DNA of 64,000 bases, from positions 384,369 through 448,368 of the forward strand of contig MU008178.1 of the NCBI GenBank assembly GCA_010909165.1, read 5' to 3'. Within the stretch, counting starts at the first letter, position 1, and every line of letters begins with the position of its first letter. Position numbers and translations under genes: made by a program. Below, one piece after another: positions 36,964-49,688 of this stretch. This DNA is from Anthoceros angustus. Its lineage: Eukaryota > Plantae > Anthocerotophyta. The notes under the pieces are model-generated. The model was not told the DNA's origin. It saw only the letters and a program-made list of their open reading frames with translations, and did not search any database.

Positions 36964-37619
36964 TGTCATGCCGTGTGATACTAATCTCTGCACTTGGGTT
37001 TAGTGTTTGATTAGCATTAATTAATCTAATTACTTATCTTTAAGTAAGTAATTAGTGTTAATTAATCTAATGTACTTATGCTAATTAAGCATTGATTAGT
37101 GTTAATTAATCTAATGTGCTTATGCTAATTAAGCATTGATTAGTGTTAATTAAACATGGTTAGCAATAGCTAAGTGGATAAGCTCAAGTAATATGCTTTG
37201 GCATATTCCTTGCATATTATAGTGTATTCTTAGGATACAATAGCTAAGTGGATAAGCTCAGTAATATGCTTTGGCGTATTGTGCATATTATAGTGTATTC
37301 TTGGGATATTTACTGTATCTTTGATGCGATAGGATATCTTAGGAATATGTCGATGGAGTGCAGTATATATAGACCGGGTGAGAATTTCGGATAATGGCTT
37401 GTCATCTCAGATATCTGATCTGAGGGTGTTGTGAGGTGACATGACTCAGGAAGCGTTAATAATGAGGGAATTTGCGTGTTGTTCGTGGGAGGTGTTTGTG
37501 TCGTGATGTGCGAGCTACTCACTCCTGTTTTAGTTGCACTATATCTGCGTATTAGATTTGTTTGCTTGGCAGGCATTGGTCGGGGGAAGTGCTTATATGA
37601 ATTAAGTGCTTATCTCGAC
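36964..37619 (+). mobile_element. Solo LTR, copy 2 (same family, opposite orientation)
   Basis: TGTCATGCCGTGTGATACTAATCTC...AAGTGCTTATCTCGAC; flanks TGTTC/GGTTC; reverse complement similar to 35269-35838. Confidence 0.75.
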
Positions 37620-39279
37620 GGTTCCGTCTTGGAGGCCGTCTCGGTGTTGAGGAGGGGCTTCCTTTGCAGCTTCCCAAGTTGGCTATGGCGGCCATGCCTC
37701 CCTTTTCCTCGTGGAAGGGCTACGTGGCCTTCATTACTCAGCGATGCTGGTGGGCGCGGGTGGTGTCGCCGACTCTACTATTACGTTTGTTCATGCCCGC
37801 ATCCACTCTTGCTCGGGGAACGGAGTAGGCTCCTAGCTTCTGGCTCGGCCTTGCATCAAGGCGTTTCAAATCGCACCAATTCTTCTTTTCCTACTGCGAT
37901 GAGGTTAAAATGCAGGTTTGGTCCGACCTCTGCTGTTCTCTCTCGACTGGCTATGCCCCCTCGGCGACTCGGGGTCCCGGCTCGATGTCCAACGGGAGGG
38001 CAACGTATCGCTACACATGACGCCGTTCGTGACGTCATGTTCTCGATGGATAAGGAGAGCGGTTATTTTCTATTCAAGGAGCGTTCATATACTTTGCGCA
38101 ATGGGGTGTCGGTGAGGGTGGATCTATTTCTGATCCGGGGGGACTAAATCTCTGTTGCGGATGTCGTCATAACGCACCCTACTCATAACTCCATTTGTAA
38201 GCATACCATTATCAACCCTCCGGGCTGGGCGACCGAGGGATGTGCAACTGCCAAGGTACACAAGTACACACCTTTGTAGGACGGCCACGCCTTCATCCTC
38301 CTCGCCATAGAGCCTCATGGGGATAGGGTAAGGATTTTTCCTGGCTCATTAAGGATTGTGCAAAAGCCTACCACAGTCGTCGAAACGGGGTGGGTCTCCC
38401 TCGTTCCTCGGTAGTGGCTTTCATTTCGATGGTGGGTATCCGCCTCCTTGACCCGTAGCGCTATTCTGGGGGACAGCGTAGGAGACATGGCGTTATCGGC
38501 ACCAGTTGTACCAGGTAGGCCTTTCCTCATCTCGGACCACGACATAATCAAAGTGGTAGGTAGCTTCGAGGTTGGCATTCATGGGGGCTGGCCCCCACTT
38601 GGCTCTTGGCCCTTTAGTGGGTTGTCCCCCCTTGGTTCGGGGTAGATGGGTTTTCCCATCTCTTCTTTTTAATAAAGTGTTTATTGCCTTGCACCACATA
38701 TTTTAAGTATCTAAATTCCCATCATGACATGTTTTTATTTTTTTTTGCAAGGTCTTTTCAATATCACCACTCATGCTCCCATGACATAAAAGTGTGCTGC
38801 GAGAAACCTAAACCCTATAAACATTTTCATGGATATGTTAGGTATACTTATTTTAGGCTCTCTTGAAAATACTTAGCCAAAAATATATTTCTAGCAAAAG
38901 TCATGTGGCCAAAAATGCTTTCCAAGCAACAATTCTTGTGGCCTTGTGGACAAAGCACTTGACTTTTAATCGGGATTAGGAGTTTGAATCCCACTAGGGG
39001 TGTTAAAGAGTGGTATTAGGGGTTTGAATTCCCTTAGGGATGTTAAAGAGTAGATTTGGAATCGAGAATAGATTCATTAACTCTTAGAAGGTGAAATTTT
39101 AATTTGTTTTTGCCAAAGTTGGCCGATTGTAGTTAGAAACTCCTAGAAAAACATACGGAACTTACAAGTTTCTAATATTTTCTAAATTTTTACTGATTTT
39201 TAAAATTTTAGAGATATTTTTCATCTTTAAAATTAGAGCATAATAAAGTCTCTTGGTCAATTATTTGATCCTTTCAGAT

Positions 39280-40170
39280 TTAACGCCTACACCACCACAC
39301 ACATCCCCAGGTCCACAATAGTGCTTCTCCGCTCTTGTTGTGGGAAGGGCAGTGGCTCTTGGCCCGCCCATGCATCTGAGGGTTTTCACATCGCACCAAC
39401 CACCTTCACTACTACGATGTCGCCTTGGCTCGCTCCACTGTGGCTTCTTCGCTCCTTACTTGCAAGTGCGGCTCGCCTCGATGATTACAGGGTACACCTT
39501 GCTCATTCCCACGGGTCATCGTGATTGCCACTCACGATGCCATCCGCGATGTCATGTTCGCCATCGCTCGTGAAAGCGGCTACATGGCCTGGAGGGAGCG
39601 GGTGTATACTCTCACTTTGGTTGTTCAATTAGGGTCGACCTGCACCTTGTCCGTGACCGTGTTTCGGCGGTTGGTGGTTACCGAACCTACGAGACACCAT
39701 CTCAGCTCGGTCATCACTAACCATCCGAGGGTTAGCCGGAGCGGCTCTCAAGGTCCGCAAATATAGTAGGATGCAAGCGGGCCACCTCTTTATTCCGCTT
39801 GCACTAGAAAGCGTATGGGGCAATGGGCGAGGACTTTGACAAATTTGTCAAGTCTGCCAAAAGCTTACCATGCGAAGACACGCGGCGGGGCTATCCTCTC
39901 GTGCTTCACGATACTCCGACAACGGGTTTTCAATTGCCCTTCAGCGCCTCAGCGATCCTCCACAAGGCGACGACAGTAGGTGCCGAATCTTTCTCTACCT
40001 CCGTGGTTTCCAGGCCGTTTATTCTTCCTGCATATGACATTGTGGGTGCAGTTGGTGACTTTAGGTAGGGAGCTTAGTTGCTCCTCTCCACCTCGACCCC
40101 CTGGTCCCCTTTGGTTGTCCCCTCCTGGATGGGCTTTTCCCATCGGTTTTTCACCTCAATAAAAACCCTG
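39280..40170 (+). mobile_element. 5'-truncated CRE-like LINE 3' end (RLE domain)
   Basis: IATHDAIRDVMFAIARESGY..WRER, RVDL, HLFIPLALES.WG.MGEDF; ends near AATAAAAA at about 40158. Confidence 0.75.
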
Positions 40171-40692
40171 CATGATCTTTGGAAAGAATTAGTTCTCACA
40201 TTTAGCCAATGTATGGAGACACTGCCTCAATGAAAAGAGCCTACCTACCTACGATGACCATAGATCCAAGATTAATATTATCTTGATAACTCTTCATGCA
40301 AGAATATTTGGGGCATTGTATAGTAGAAGTCACCTCATTTTCCAACCCTATATATATCATACCTAATACATTGCTAAACCTATTTTCAAACCAGACTGAA
40401 AACCATACCAGCCATAAAATAAAGGGTTCAACAATAGAGCTTCAAGTGGTGGTCTGCTCTAGAGTGGCGTTAGGGCAATCTGACGCACAAGATTATTTGC
40501 TGAAGGTGGGTTTTTGCCGACTTTGTGAAAGGTTTTGCCAGTGCGAAAGGTGTTTTCTAATCGGGGTCCTGATCACCGGAATTGGATACCTAGCAACGGC
40601 CAACAATGTTTTAACTGTCGTCTTGCCGCCCGCATCCAATTTCAAAGAGTCCTGTTCTTGTGTGCACGCGATAACCGGGTGATCTCACTCAG

Positions 40693-43600
40693 ATGGCTGT
40701 TGCGCAACACTGGGTTGAGCCGAACAGGATCACCAGGTATTTGCAAGTCTGGTTTCTCGAAGGACATTGCTGCTGGGTTAGTTGAGCTACAATTTGTACA
40801 CTCGTCTTGCCAGATCTAGGACCGAGATGGGACTAATGACCCCGCGCACCCCCACCCAATGCACTGGCACTGAGAACAGTTCGAGTGAAGTCGAGAGCCT
40901 GGAGCAGTTGTTTGTGTGCACTCGATGCCGCTGTGAAAGTGACAAAAGTCTGCACAGGCTGCTTTCGGAAGTGAGTAATTGTGCCACTCTCTGGCACCTT
41001 CATCAGCAGCGGCAGATTCTGCAGAAACCATGTGCTTAAAATTATGAAGTTGGACTTACGGTGTACAACAGGCGTTGCTGTGGAGAAAGGAGAAAGCTCG
41101 CCTGAAGGAGCTTCTGAGGACCACAACCAATGCCCTAGAAGACAAGGCCTTTGCTTTGACATCCTACCAAGCATCGCTCGCGGACTTGCTCATAGCTCAG
41201 GTTCGTGCGGATAATAGTTAAGAGTCTGATTCGTCGCCGTTGTCTGCATGCAACGCTGTGCTCATGGATGGGTTCACAGACGGACAAGGATGCCTCCGAT
41301 TCGCTTAGACCTATCCATATGTTGGCATTGGACTTGAAGGATCGGCTGTCGTTCAGGTCAGATCTCACATTCGATGTATGCTTCGTATCGGAATAGACAG
41401 CAGGTTTTGACCAGTACAAGGATTTCGACATAATCGGCGGTCGTGCTTGTTTCTATAGTGAGATGCAAATGGAGCTTCTTCGGGAAGAGCGTGATCGAAG
41501 TGTCCTCAGCTTGTCAGTGAGTGTTGATTGTTTAACAAGTAGAGAAGCACCAGTGCCAGAGCACATCGTGTGTGAGGCTCACACACCAGGAGCCTGGTAA
41601 TGGGTGGAGCACTCACAGGAACTAGAAAAGAAGGTTGCAACATGTACATCCATTGCAGAAGAGCAGTCGGAGTTCATACGGTGTCAGCTAACTACGATCC
41701 ATAAGATGGAGGAAAGGTAATATCCACTCTCAAACATGTCTTCCCCTAATCAATTCCACATGCAGAATGATTGCAGATGACATGGGTGCAGCCTGGGCAG
41801 GGCAATTTCAGATAGACGTTTCCCAGTTTTGTGGATGCAGGGCAAGCCATCACCAGAGCATGTTGCAGCAAGTCGAAATGGACAAGAAGAAGGTTGTTAC
41901 AATATACTTGAGCTCTCTGACACCGTGCCCTTTTCCTGTTCGATCACCTGCTCCAAATGCTTACCGTCCTCACTTTGTCTGTGGCAGGAACTTAAGCAAC
42001 TAGAGGAGCAAATTCTGTTGCATCAACAACGCGCAGCTGTTCAGGTACCTATGGATGAGTTTGTTCTCTTGAAAGATGAAGCAGGTCCTTCATATTGACG
42101 ACGCAAATGATGCTGCGTCATGATCTCTTGGATGTTGTACCAGGAGGGAAGACTGAATCAGCAATTACAGGAAACTGAGGCCGCTAAAGTTCAATGTCGT
42201 GCGGTACGTTTCATATGTTCTAGGATAACATCATGTCGTGAAGTGCGTGAATATTGCAATAACATCAGCAATCGGGTTGTCTGGGGAAAATGGTCTTTTT
42301 GTGCATTTGATAAGGCTAATCTGTTAACCCTTGAGAACAGTTAGAGAAAAGAGCAGCTGCCCTGGAAGAGCTCTCGCAGAATCAGGTAATCCTAATTAGT
42401 GAGCAGCACCATAGCACCAACTCCCAGTCAAACCATGTCAAGAGCTGAGGTCTCGGTCATGACAGATGGCTAGCTATCAAGAACTAGAGAAGGAGCTTAG
42501 TGAAACAAAGGAGGAACTGGAACAGAATGTCGACAAATCTGCTGAACTGCGTGAAGCTCACGTGAGCCATCCCAAGGGTTGAGTTTTACAATTAGGTCTA
42601 GGTTTGACTACGTTCTACAATTTGGAATGTATGAACTTGAAGACGTCTCACCAAAATGCAGGAACGTATGGAGCAAACGTGGGCTGATAATGCACGACTG
42701 TTAAAGCTTCTTTCCGCAACTGGCATGTTCCACGAGCTTTTTGATGGTAAGGATATTCGTCCCATGTGTTTCAGCATGTCATTCCTTTCAGTGTGCAGCA
42801 TGGGCCAACAGGTACCACCTCCTTCTGAAGACTGCATCTTGAATAATTCCCGTAATGACCACCTGACCTTGGTGGGATAACAGAGATGCAGAACAGTAGT
42901 GGGACAGTCTATCTGCCGTTGACAGGAAAAGCATCGAAGTTTCAGGTGATGATCTGGTTTCTGCTGACGAACTGATAAGTTCCCTTCTAACCAACAGTCT
43001 CAGACAACTGCCTGAGGAAGTATGTATGTGGCATTCTTGCAGAGTTTGGTGGAGCGTTACCACAACACAAACGGTCGAGCGGCCAACCCTAAGCTGGAGG
43101 TTGACAATTGGTATACACAGCTGTCTTATCATAGACGTGAAAATCTGCTTAACATATAAAACTACGATCCAATGTCTCCTGCTGTTCAGTGACCGGAACA
43201 TGTGCACTGACCGTCCACAGGGTACCAGTTGAGGCGTTCGACATTGTCTCGGACTTTCGTCAGCAATACTGCCCATCAGTGCCCGTGACAGCAGTCAACG
43301 ATCTCTTGGTAGATAAGCCAACTGTGTTCTATCTGCAGTGACATATTCCAACTGGTGGATTCCTTGACAATGTTCAAGAACTCTTTCCCTGTGCAGGCTC
43401 AGTTAGCCTACTTCTGGAGGGAACTGGAAAAGCGAAAAGTGGTGAGTACATATATGAAGCAAAGCTTCTGTGCACATTCGTATCCACGGTCTACCCTCTT
43501 GATGAAGATCTCCTGTAGGCCCAAGTCAAGACAAGGACCGAGAAGGCACTGGTGGATTTGAAGCGGCAGCATTCGATGAGCCGCCAGTATGATGAAGTAT

Positions 43601-44205
43601 GATACCTGCTGAGCACTCGGAGTTTGTGCTGAAACACAAAACCTTCTTTGAGTTACCAGGTGAACTCAAGCCCAAGAACCGTTTGCTTGTCTTGCAGGTT
43701 GTGGGACCTTCGTTTGTAAAACCTGTTCGTCTCAGACGAGGGCAAAACAAGGTCTGGCAACTGTCGTACTGGAGAAAGTGAACGTGCAACACGTGTGGCC
43801 CTTTGAAGCTTCTTGACTATCGACCGTGTTCTCTCTGTTAGACGTTGAGTTCTGGACTGCTGCTTGCAGGTTGTGGGGTCATCGGTCACCCAGCCGGTTT
43901 CTGCCAAGCATCGTTACACTAAGGTTAAAAAGCGTCAGCCGTTCTTCTTTCAGTGTACATGGCCTTCACTGTAGAAGATGTGGTGATCAGGGGATGGCGT
44001 GTACAGGACACAGACGTAGAAGCGCAGCCGCTTGTGAACACACTGAGAGTCTCTTCGGTACCTATAGCAAAGGGAGTACTCGGGGATAGTCGTGAACATA
44101 CTGTTCAAACGAAGAACTGCAGCAGTTAATATTGAAAGCAACAACGGCGTCAAAGCGGCTGGTGCCAGGGCTTTCCTGGCCAACAAAGAAATAGCAGCGG
44201 TATGA
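40693..44205 (+). CDS. Multi-exon coiled-coil protein of unknown function (ends approximate)
   Basis: Many short GT..AG introns separate in-frame coiled-coil exons: ALLWRKEKARLKELLRTTTNALEDK; MQMELLREERDRSVLSL; ELKQLEEQILLHQQRAAVQ; ELEKELSETKEELEQN; ERMEQTWADNARLLKLLSAT; VPVEAFDIVSDFRQQYCP; LAYFWRELEKRKV; VKTRTEKALVDLKRQHSMSRQYDE. Confidence 0.7.
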
Positions 44206-45501
44206 AGGTAAAAGTCCTGGGAGCAACAACTTGCCCACCTTACTTACTTACTGAGTTGTGAAACCTTCACTTTGACAGCTGATGCTGCTTTGACAGCCAC
44301 AGCACCTGGAGCAAATGGCAGGCTCGGTATGATCAAATGCTGAACGCGCTGAAGACGCAAAAGGGTGATAAAATCTTCTCCCACTGGTTAAATCTGTCTG
44401 CGGAACAGAATGAGAACCACACTCATATTTTCTTTGTCCAACAGAGGAGGAGCCCACTGATTGCGAGGCGAGGAACTGGACTCATTGAAGGAATTTTTAT
44501 CCCTGCAACATTTCTGAATCTGGATTGACTGACGATTCCCAGAGTTCGGGAAAAATTATTGCTATATGACAGACAGTATGGACCGGCGCAGCCAAAAGAA
44601 GAATAACGAACCTGCAACCAAAAATAGATCTTGATATGGATCACGGAGCTGACTTCATTTCCTTCAATGGTCTGGTCCAGAATCCAGATCAGTTACCCAG
44701 TTTCATTTACTCCGGTATGTATGCAAGACAAGACACTGATGACGGTTGGTTGCAACATACATATGACAGAATGACAGACAAGATCCCAAGTTCCCAACCA
44801 GTGGGCGATGGGCAATTAAGCATCCGCTTTTAGGACTTTCAAGGTTGTGAAAATTTGAAAGTCAATGGTAGTAAGTATGCACCGGACCCTCACTTCATAG
44901 AGTTGACGGGAGGGTTTTACAAAAATGACAGAACATGGACTTGTCCAGTTCAGCTGTTAGATCCACTAAATCGAATGGCAAGAGGAATGTGTGTATACAG
45001 GCCCCCCTTACAACCCTGTAATGCCATAATACAAACAGAAGCATAGCAGCCCTGTGTTAGATTCGCTTCTCCTTCCCGAAGATGCAACGAACTGCCTTTG
45101 GGATGTCCCATTGATTGCGCCCTCCTCGTTCAAGCCCAGCTCTCATGCAACGAAGACCAGTTGTAACTAACTTTACACAGCAGCACAAAGAGGACGGCGG
45201 AGAACAACCTATTGCGATTGCTTGCGAGCACATGCTTCGTGGCAGTCAGTCTTGGAGATATGCTCTGGTCCTGCTCGCTCCATTCACAGAAAGTTCTCTG
45301 CCCACACAGAGCGAGGTGAGAGTGTGAGTGAGACAAGTGTGCAGCAGCAGACAAGCAACGTGTTTGGTGTAAAGAAACTCCATGTGAGACGCTAGCTAAC
45401 GGTGTGTGAAGCACCACAAGAACAGAAGCAAGGCAAGCACCCACATAGCTAGGCTATCGATAGCACACGGTTGTGAAGAAACAGACAGTACTAAACCCAA
45501 G

Positions 45502-46981
45502 TCACACAAAATGAGAGAGGAGAGAGGAGAAATGGATGAAGAAGCCATGGAACGAACCAGCGCAGGACAAGAGCAGCCGGACCACCTCCTCAAACCCGTT
45601 AGCCGAGCAAGTGGGCAGATGGGCGCAGGGAGGAAGCGGGGGGGACAGGGGGAGCACATTCTGCACAATGCAGGCATAGGCAGCAGCAGCAGCAGCGGCA
45701 GCGGCAGCGTCACAATTACCGTTACCGGCGCCGCCGTGCTTGGCATGCTTCAGCTTTGCAAGCTCCACCTGCGCCTGGATAAAGAGTTGCATCCTCTGCA
45801 GCTCCAGGTCCTTGGTGAACTCCATGCGCTGCTTCTCTAGCTCCGTGAGTTGCCGCTGCTTGGCGCTCTCGATCCTCTCGTACACCTCCCCGAACTTGAT
45901 GATGGCTCTGGCCAGGTCCTTGTAAGGCCCATCCTGCAATTTGCGCTTCTTGAAGCTCTTGGCCTCGGTGGCCCTGTCGCTGGGCCAGGCCCGTTCCAGG
46001 TCCGGGCCCCGGCAACGCCGCCCGCCGCCATTGTTCCCATCCTCCTTGCTCTTCTTGTTCTTGTTCCCGCGCGCACCCACCCCGCCGTTCCCCGGCCCCT
46101 TCCTCCCCGAGCGCGTGCGGGCAGCTGTCCGTCATGTCCGGGCTCTCCTTGGACTTGGTGCTCCCGGAGCCCGCCGGCCCATTGTTCTGCGCCGGGGGGG
46201 CGGCAGGCAGCAGCAACCCTGCCATCCTCGTCTCCTCCTCCCTACTCCGCCGCTGTCCCTTCTGCTGCAGCTGCTGTTGTTGCTGCTGCGGATGCTGCTG
46301 CTTCTGCTGATGCGGGGGAGGCGAGCCCCCGGCAGACCTGACCCCCTTCTCCCCGCCGCCTGCCGGGAGCTGCTGCTGCTGCTGCTTCTTGTGCTTGCGG
46401 GATGTCCCGATGAGCTCGTCCAATTTGCGGAAGAAGGGCCACTTGCTGCTGCCGCTGCTGCTCCCGGGCACGGTGGTGGGGTTGACGCTCCCGTGGCCAT
46501 TCCCGCTGCCATTTGCAGCATTGCCGGCAGCCTCCGCCAATTTGATCTTCTCCAATTTGTACTTCTTCTTGAGCGTGTCCAGCCGATTCTTGCACTGCAC
46601 GTCGGTCTTGGCCGCCTTGCCCTCCTCCCGCACGTTGACGGCGTCCGCCACCTCCTTCCAGTGCTTCTGCTTCAGATTACCACGGTTGAGCTCCACGTAG
46701 TGCGCGCCCCAGGCCTGGATGAGCGTGAAGGTGGCGGCCTCGCTCCAGCAATCCTCCCGCCCCCCGGCTGCGGCTGCGGCTCCGGCTCCCCCTCCACCCA
46801 CCACCTTCTCGCTGTCCGCGGCGCCCACCACGCCGGAACACACCACGCCCGAGCCCACCACGCCCGAGCCCACCACGCCCGAACCCACCACGCCCGCGCG
46901 GCTCTGCACCGGGAGCGAGAGGGTGAGCGCGGCGGCAGCGGCGGAGGCAGTGGTGCAGCCCCGGCTCTGGGCCTCCTCCAT
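45502..46981 (-). CDS. Trihelix transcription factor, ASIL/SIP1 clade (Myb/SANT-like DNA-binding domain); one apparent +1 frameshift near 46090
   Basis: [42 protein letters not shown]...[18 protein letters not shown]; C-terminal [45 protein letters not shown]. The 3' end may include an intron. Confidence 0.9.
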
Positions 46982-47439
46982 CACAAGCTCGGAGCGGCCA
47001 GCAGCCAGCAGGCCCCGACGGGAGCCGGGCGGCCCAGCCCAGCCCAGCACCGAGTCCGAGTCCGAGTCCGAGTCCGAGGTCTGTGCCACTCTAGCGCTGC
47101 CCGTTGCCCGTTGCCGGAGGCGCCATGGCAATTGCGGTCAATGTAGGAGCAAGAGCAGGAGGCGCGGGCGGGGCTGCTGGCAGCGAGCCGGTGCCGGCGG
47201 GAGGCGCCATTTTCAGGCTGCTGCCGGCAACCCCATCACTGCACTGCGCACTGCGCTGGTAGTTGGCCAGCCCAGGCTACTTCCGGCGGCAGCAGCAGCG
47301 CAACAGCGGTAGCATGCACTGAGAAGCGGGATGTCAGAATCGGGCCGCTCTCTCTCTCGCCACCCCGCTGTGCTCTTCCGCTGCTGCTGCTGCTGCTAGT
47401 CTAGTACTCTCTCATGGTTGTGCTGCCACCACTCTCAAA

Positions 47440-47510
47440 ACGACACAGCACAGCACAGCACAGCCCAGCCCAGCCCAGCCCAGCCCAGCCCAGCCCACCA
47501 CAGCACAGCA
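47440..47510. repeat. (CAGCA)n/(CAGCC)n pentanucleotide microsatellite upstream of the trihelix gene
   Basis: ACAGCACAGCACAGCACAGCCCAGCCCAGCCCAGCCCAGCCCAGCCCA. Confidence 0.9.
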
Positions 47511-48112
47511 GGCAAGCCAAGCAAAGCCCCGTCCCGGCCCGGCCCAGGCTGCTGCAGCCTCGCTTCGCTCTCTACAGCGCGCTCATCAATGCCATGGCAG
47601 GCCACCAGGAGTCGAGACGAGTTGGAGTCGACGAGTCGAGAGACTCGAGACTCGAGCAGTTGCCTTCTCTCCTGTCAGAACGTACCGCCACTTTTGACCG
47701 TGCCGCGTAACCGGACTGCGTTCGCCTCGAAATCCCTCCAAACGGCCCAGACAGGGGCGCAGTATCTCCCACTTTCTTTTCCGGACCGCCCTGCCCCCGC
47801 AGTCCGGCACTCGGCACTCGGCACTCGCCCCAACGCCCGCCATTTCTGTCACTAAATTTCTCCCTTTCTTACATGTCATTTTATCACCAATACTTACCAG
47901 AAATAACAGCACCGACTCCCACCCCCAAGCTCGCTCCATACACACATTCCTCTCTATATACATTCATGTGTTGGACTTTTATTTTCAGGTGAAAAAAGTC
48001 TAATAATATTTTTCGAATTTTTATTCTACATTCAAAGAAACAATAGGTATTGCTAAGGTACAAACCTAATAGAATACAATAAAAAGAAGAGAGTAGATTC
48101 ACCTATCATCAT

Positions 48113-49688
48113 CTAATGTGAGCTTCTACTTCTATGACTTGTATCACCACGAGAGAGCTTTGTAAGAGTGTGATTGATCTCATGTTTGTTCTTATCACAA
48201 ATGTACCAAATTTCTTGGATTCTTTCTCTATTCATCTTGATCATCCATTTTAGGCTCTCGTCAGTGAGCTTCTTCCACATATCCTCCTCCTTGTGCATTT
48301 TCTTGTCCTCTGATGAATCCACCTTTAGTGTATGTGCATCATGTGAGGTTGAAATAGCACCTAGGATCACGTCCTTATCACGTAACATTTCTCTAGCCTT
48401 GTCGTTTTTCACCTCCTCCACATCATTGATTGAGTAATACTCCAAAAGGCCTATAGCTTGAGCTACAATTGCTTCAGAGCATTGATTTTCCGCAGTTCTA
48501 AGGCCTCCAAAATAGTTTGCGAAGTGTTGTTTGTTTTCATCTACTATGATCTGGTAGAGTTCATCAAATTCGTGCCACAAATCTTGAACTTCACCAAAGC
48601 ATTGGAATTCAAGATCCATTAGTTTCTTATGAAGAGTCTCGTTTTCTTCTAGTAGGTTCTTGAGTTTAGTCTCCATCTGGGTTGCATCATATTGAACTTC
48701 TAATAAAGTTTTCTTCTTATTTTTATTCATTGTTGTGACAAGCTCTCTAGCCTCTTGATCTTTTCGGCTAGTGCATTCATGCATAGAAGTCTTCCAGAGT
48801 CTAACCTCCTCTAGTTTTCGTTTATGTTGTGCTACTATGAGAGTTTTCAGCTCTTGGCATAAAACTAGATATCTTTCATGGAACTCTGTCATGGGTTCCA
48901 AAAGCGTTGGGACTACACTTAACTTGTGGTATTCTGGATCTTCTTTCAACATTTCATCATAAACGGAGTAAATTCCATCCAGGTTGCACTCAAAGAAGAG
49001 AATCTTTTCAGCCGCCTTTGCAATTTTGTTTTCTTGTTCTACATCATGTTTATGATCTTTACCTTGGAGTTCAAGCAACTCATCTTGATATTGATCTCTT
49101 GCTGCACCGAGAAGCAAGACGTCTACTAAGTGATGATCCAAAAAGAGCAAATTGGTTAGGTGTGCTAGCACATATCCTTTGTATTCCGGATCCGGACATA
49201 TGGGATTTCCACTCAAGGTAAGCAGCCTTAGCTTTTTAAACGGCCTTAGATACAACACATTTTCCAAGTTCTTAATGCGATTATTTCCCAAAGAAAGAGA
49301 TTCCAAGTTCATCTCCTGTTCATCCAGGTTCTCAATCACATCGATCTGGTTTTGATAGAATGACAAGTTGATCAACTTGGTCAACGTGTCAATTCCCTCG
49401 ATTTTCTTGATCTTATTGAAGGACAGGTCGAGCGTGGTCAAGTGAGCAAGTTGTTCCAAGTTCTCCACCTTTGTCAAATTGCAGTTATCAAGCTTCAACG
49501 TGGTCAAGGATTGAAGGCCAAGAAGGAAGTCCACCTCCCTAATCCCCTTGAAGGAGAACACAAGCGCAGAGACCTTGGCGAGGGGTATAATCTTCTTCCG
49601 CTCCGCATTGCCCTCCCCCGAGCCATATTCGATCTTGATACATGCCCGCAGCACTTCATCGGAGATGGCCCTGTCCTCCTGCGGCATC
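48113..49688 (-). CDS. DRC3: Dynein regulatory complex subunit 3 (LRRC48), intronless
   Basis: About 524-aa open frame with N-terminal SDS22-like LRRs (LTTLKLDNCNLTKVENLEQLAHLTTLDLSFNKIKKIEGI, LSLGNNRI, LTLSGNPIC) and a long C-terminal coiled coil. Confidence 0.9.

Larger units (their letters stand above)
34680..38680 (+). mobile_element. CRE-clade-like non-LTR retrotransposon (RT + restriction-like endonuclease), degenerate, interrupted by two solo LTRs
   Basis: RLKRCLLLGRVGEYAMAARAL; SSGLSGTVYDHLRD; ASRLLAMKK; HQFGIA; LQLDVENAFNTVSR; GNPLGGALF; EAEDTH in place of YADD; CCHC-like RCPTGGQRIATHDAVRD; RVDLFL..DVVITHP. Confidence 0.8.

Noticed and set aside
44337-45444. Short 60-100 aa ORFs between the coiled-coil gene and the trihelix gene
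   Set aside because: No homology signal or splice structure; consistent with UTR or intergenic sequence.
45941-47312. 401-aa and 197-aa plus-strand ORFs
   Set aside because: Antisense shadows of the GC-rich trihelix CDS.
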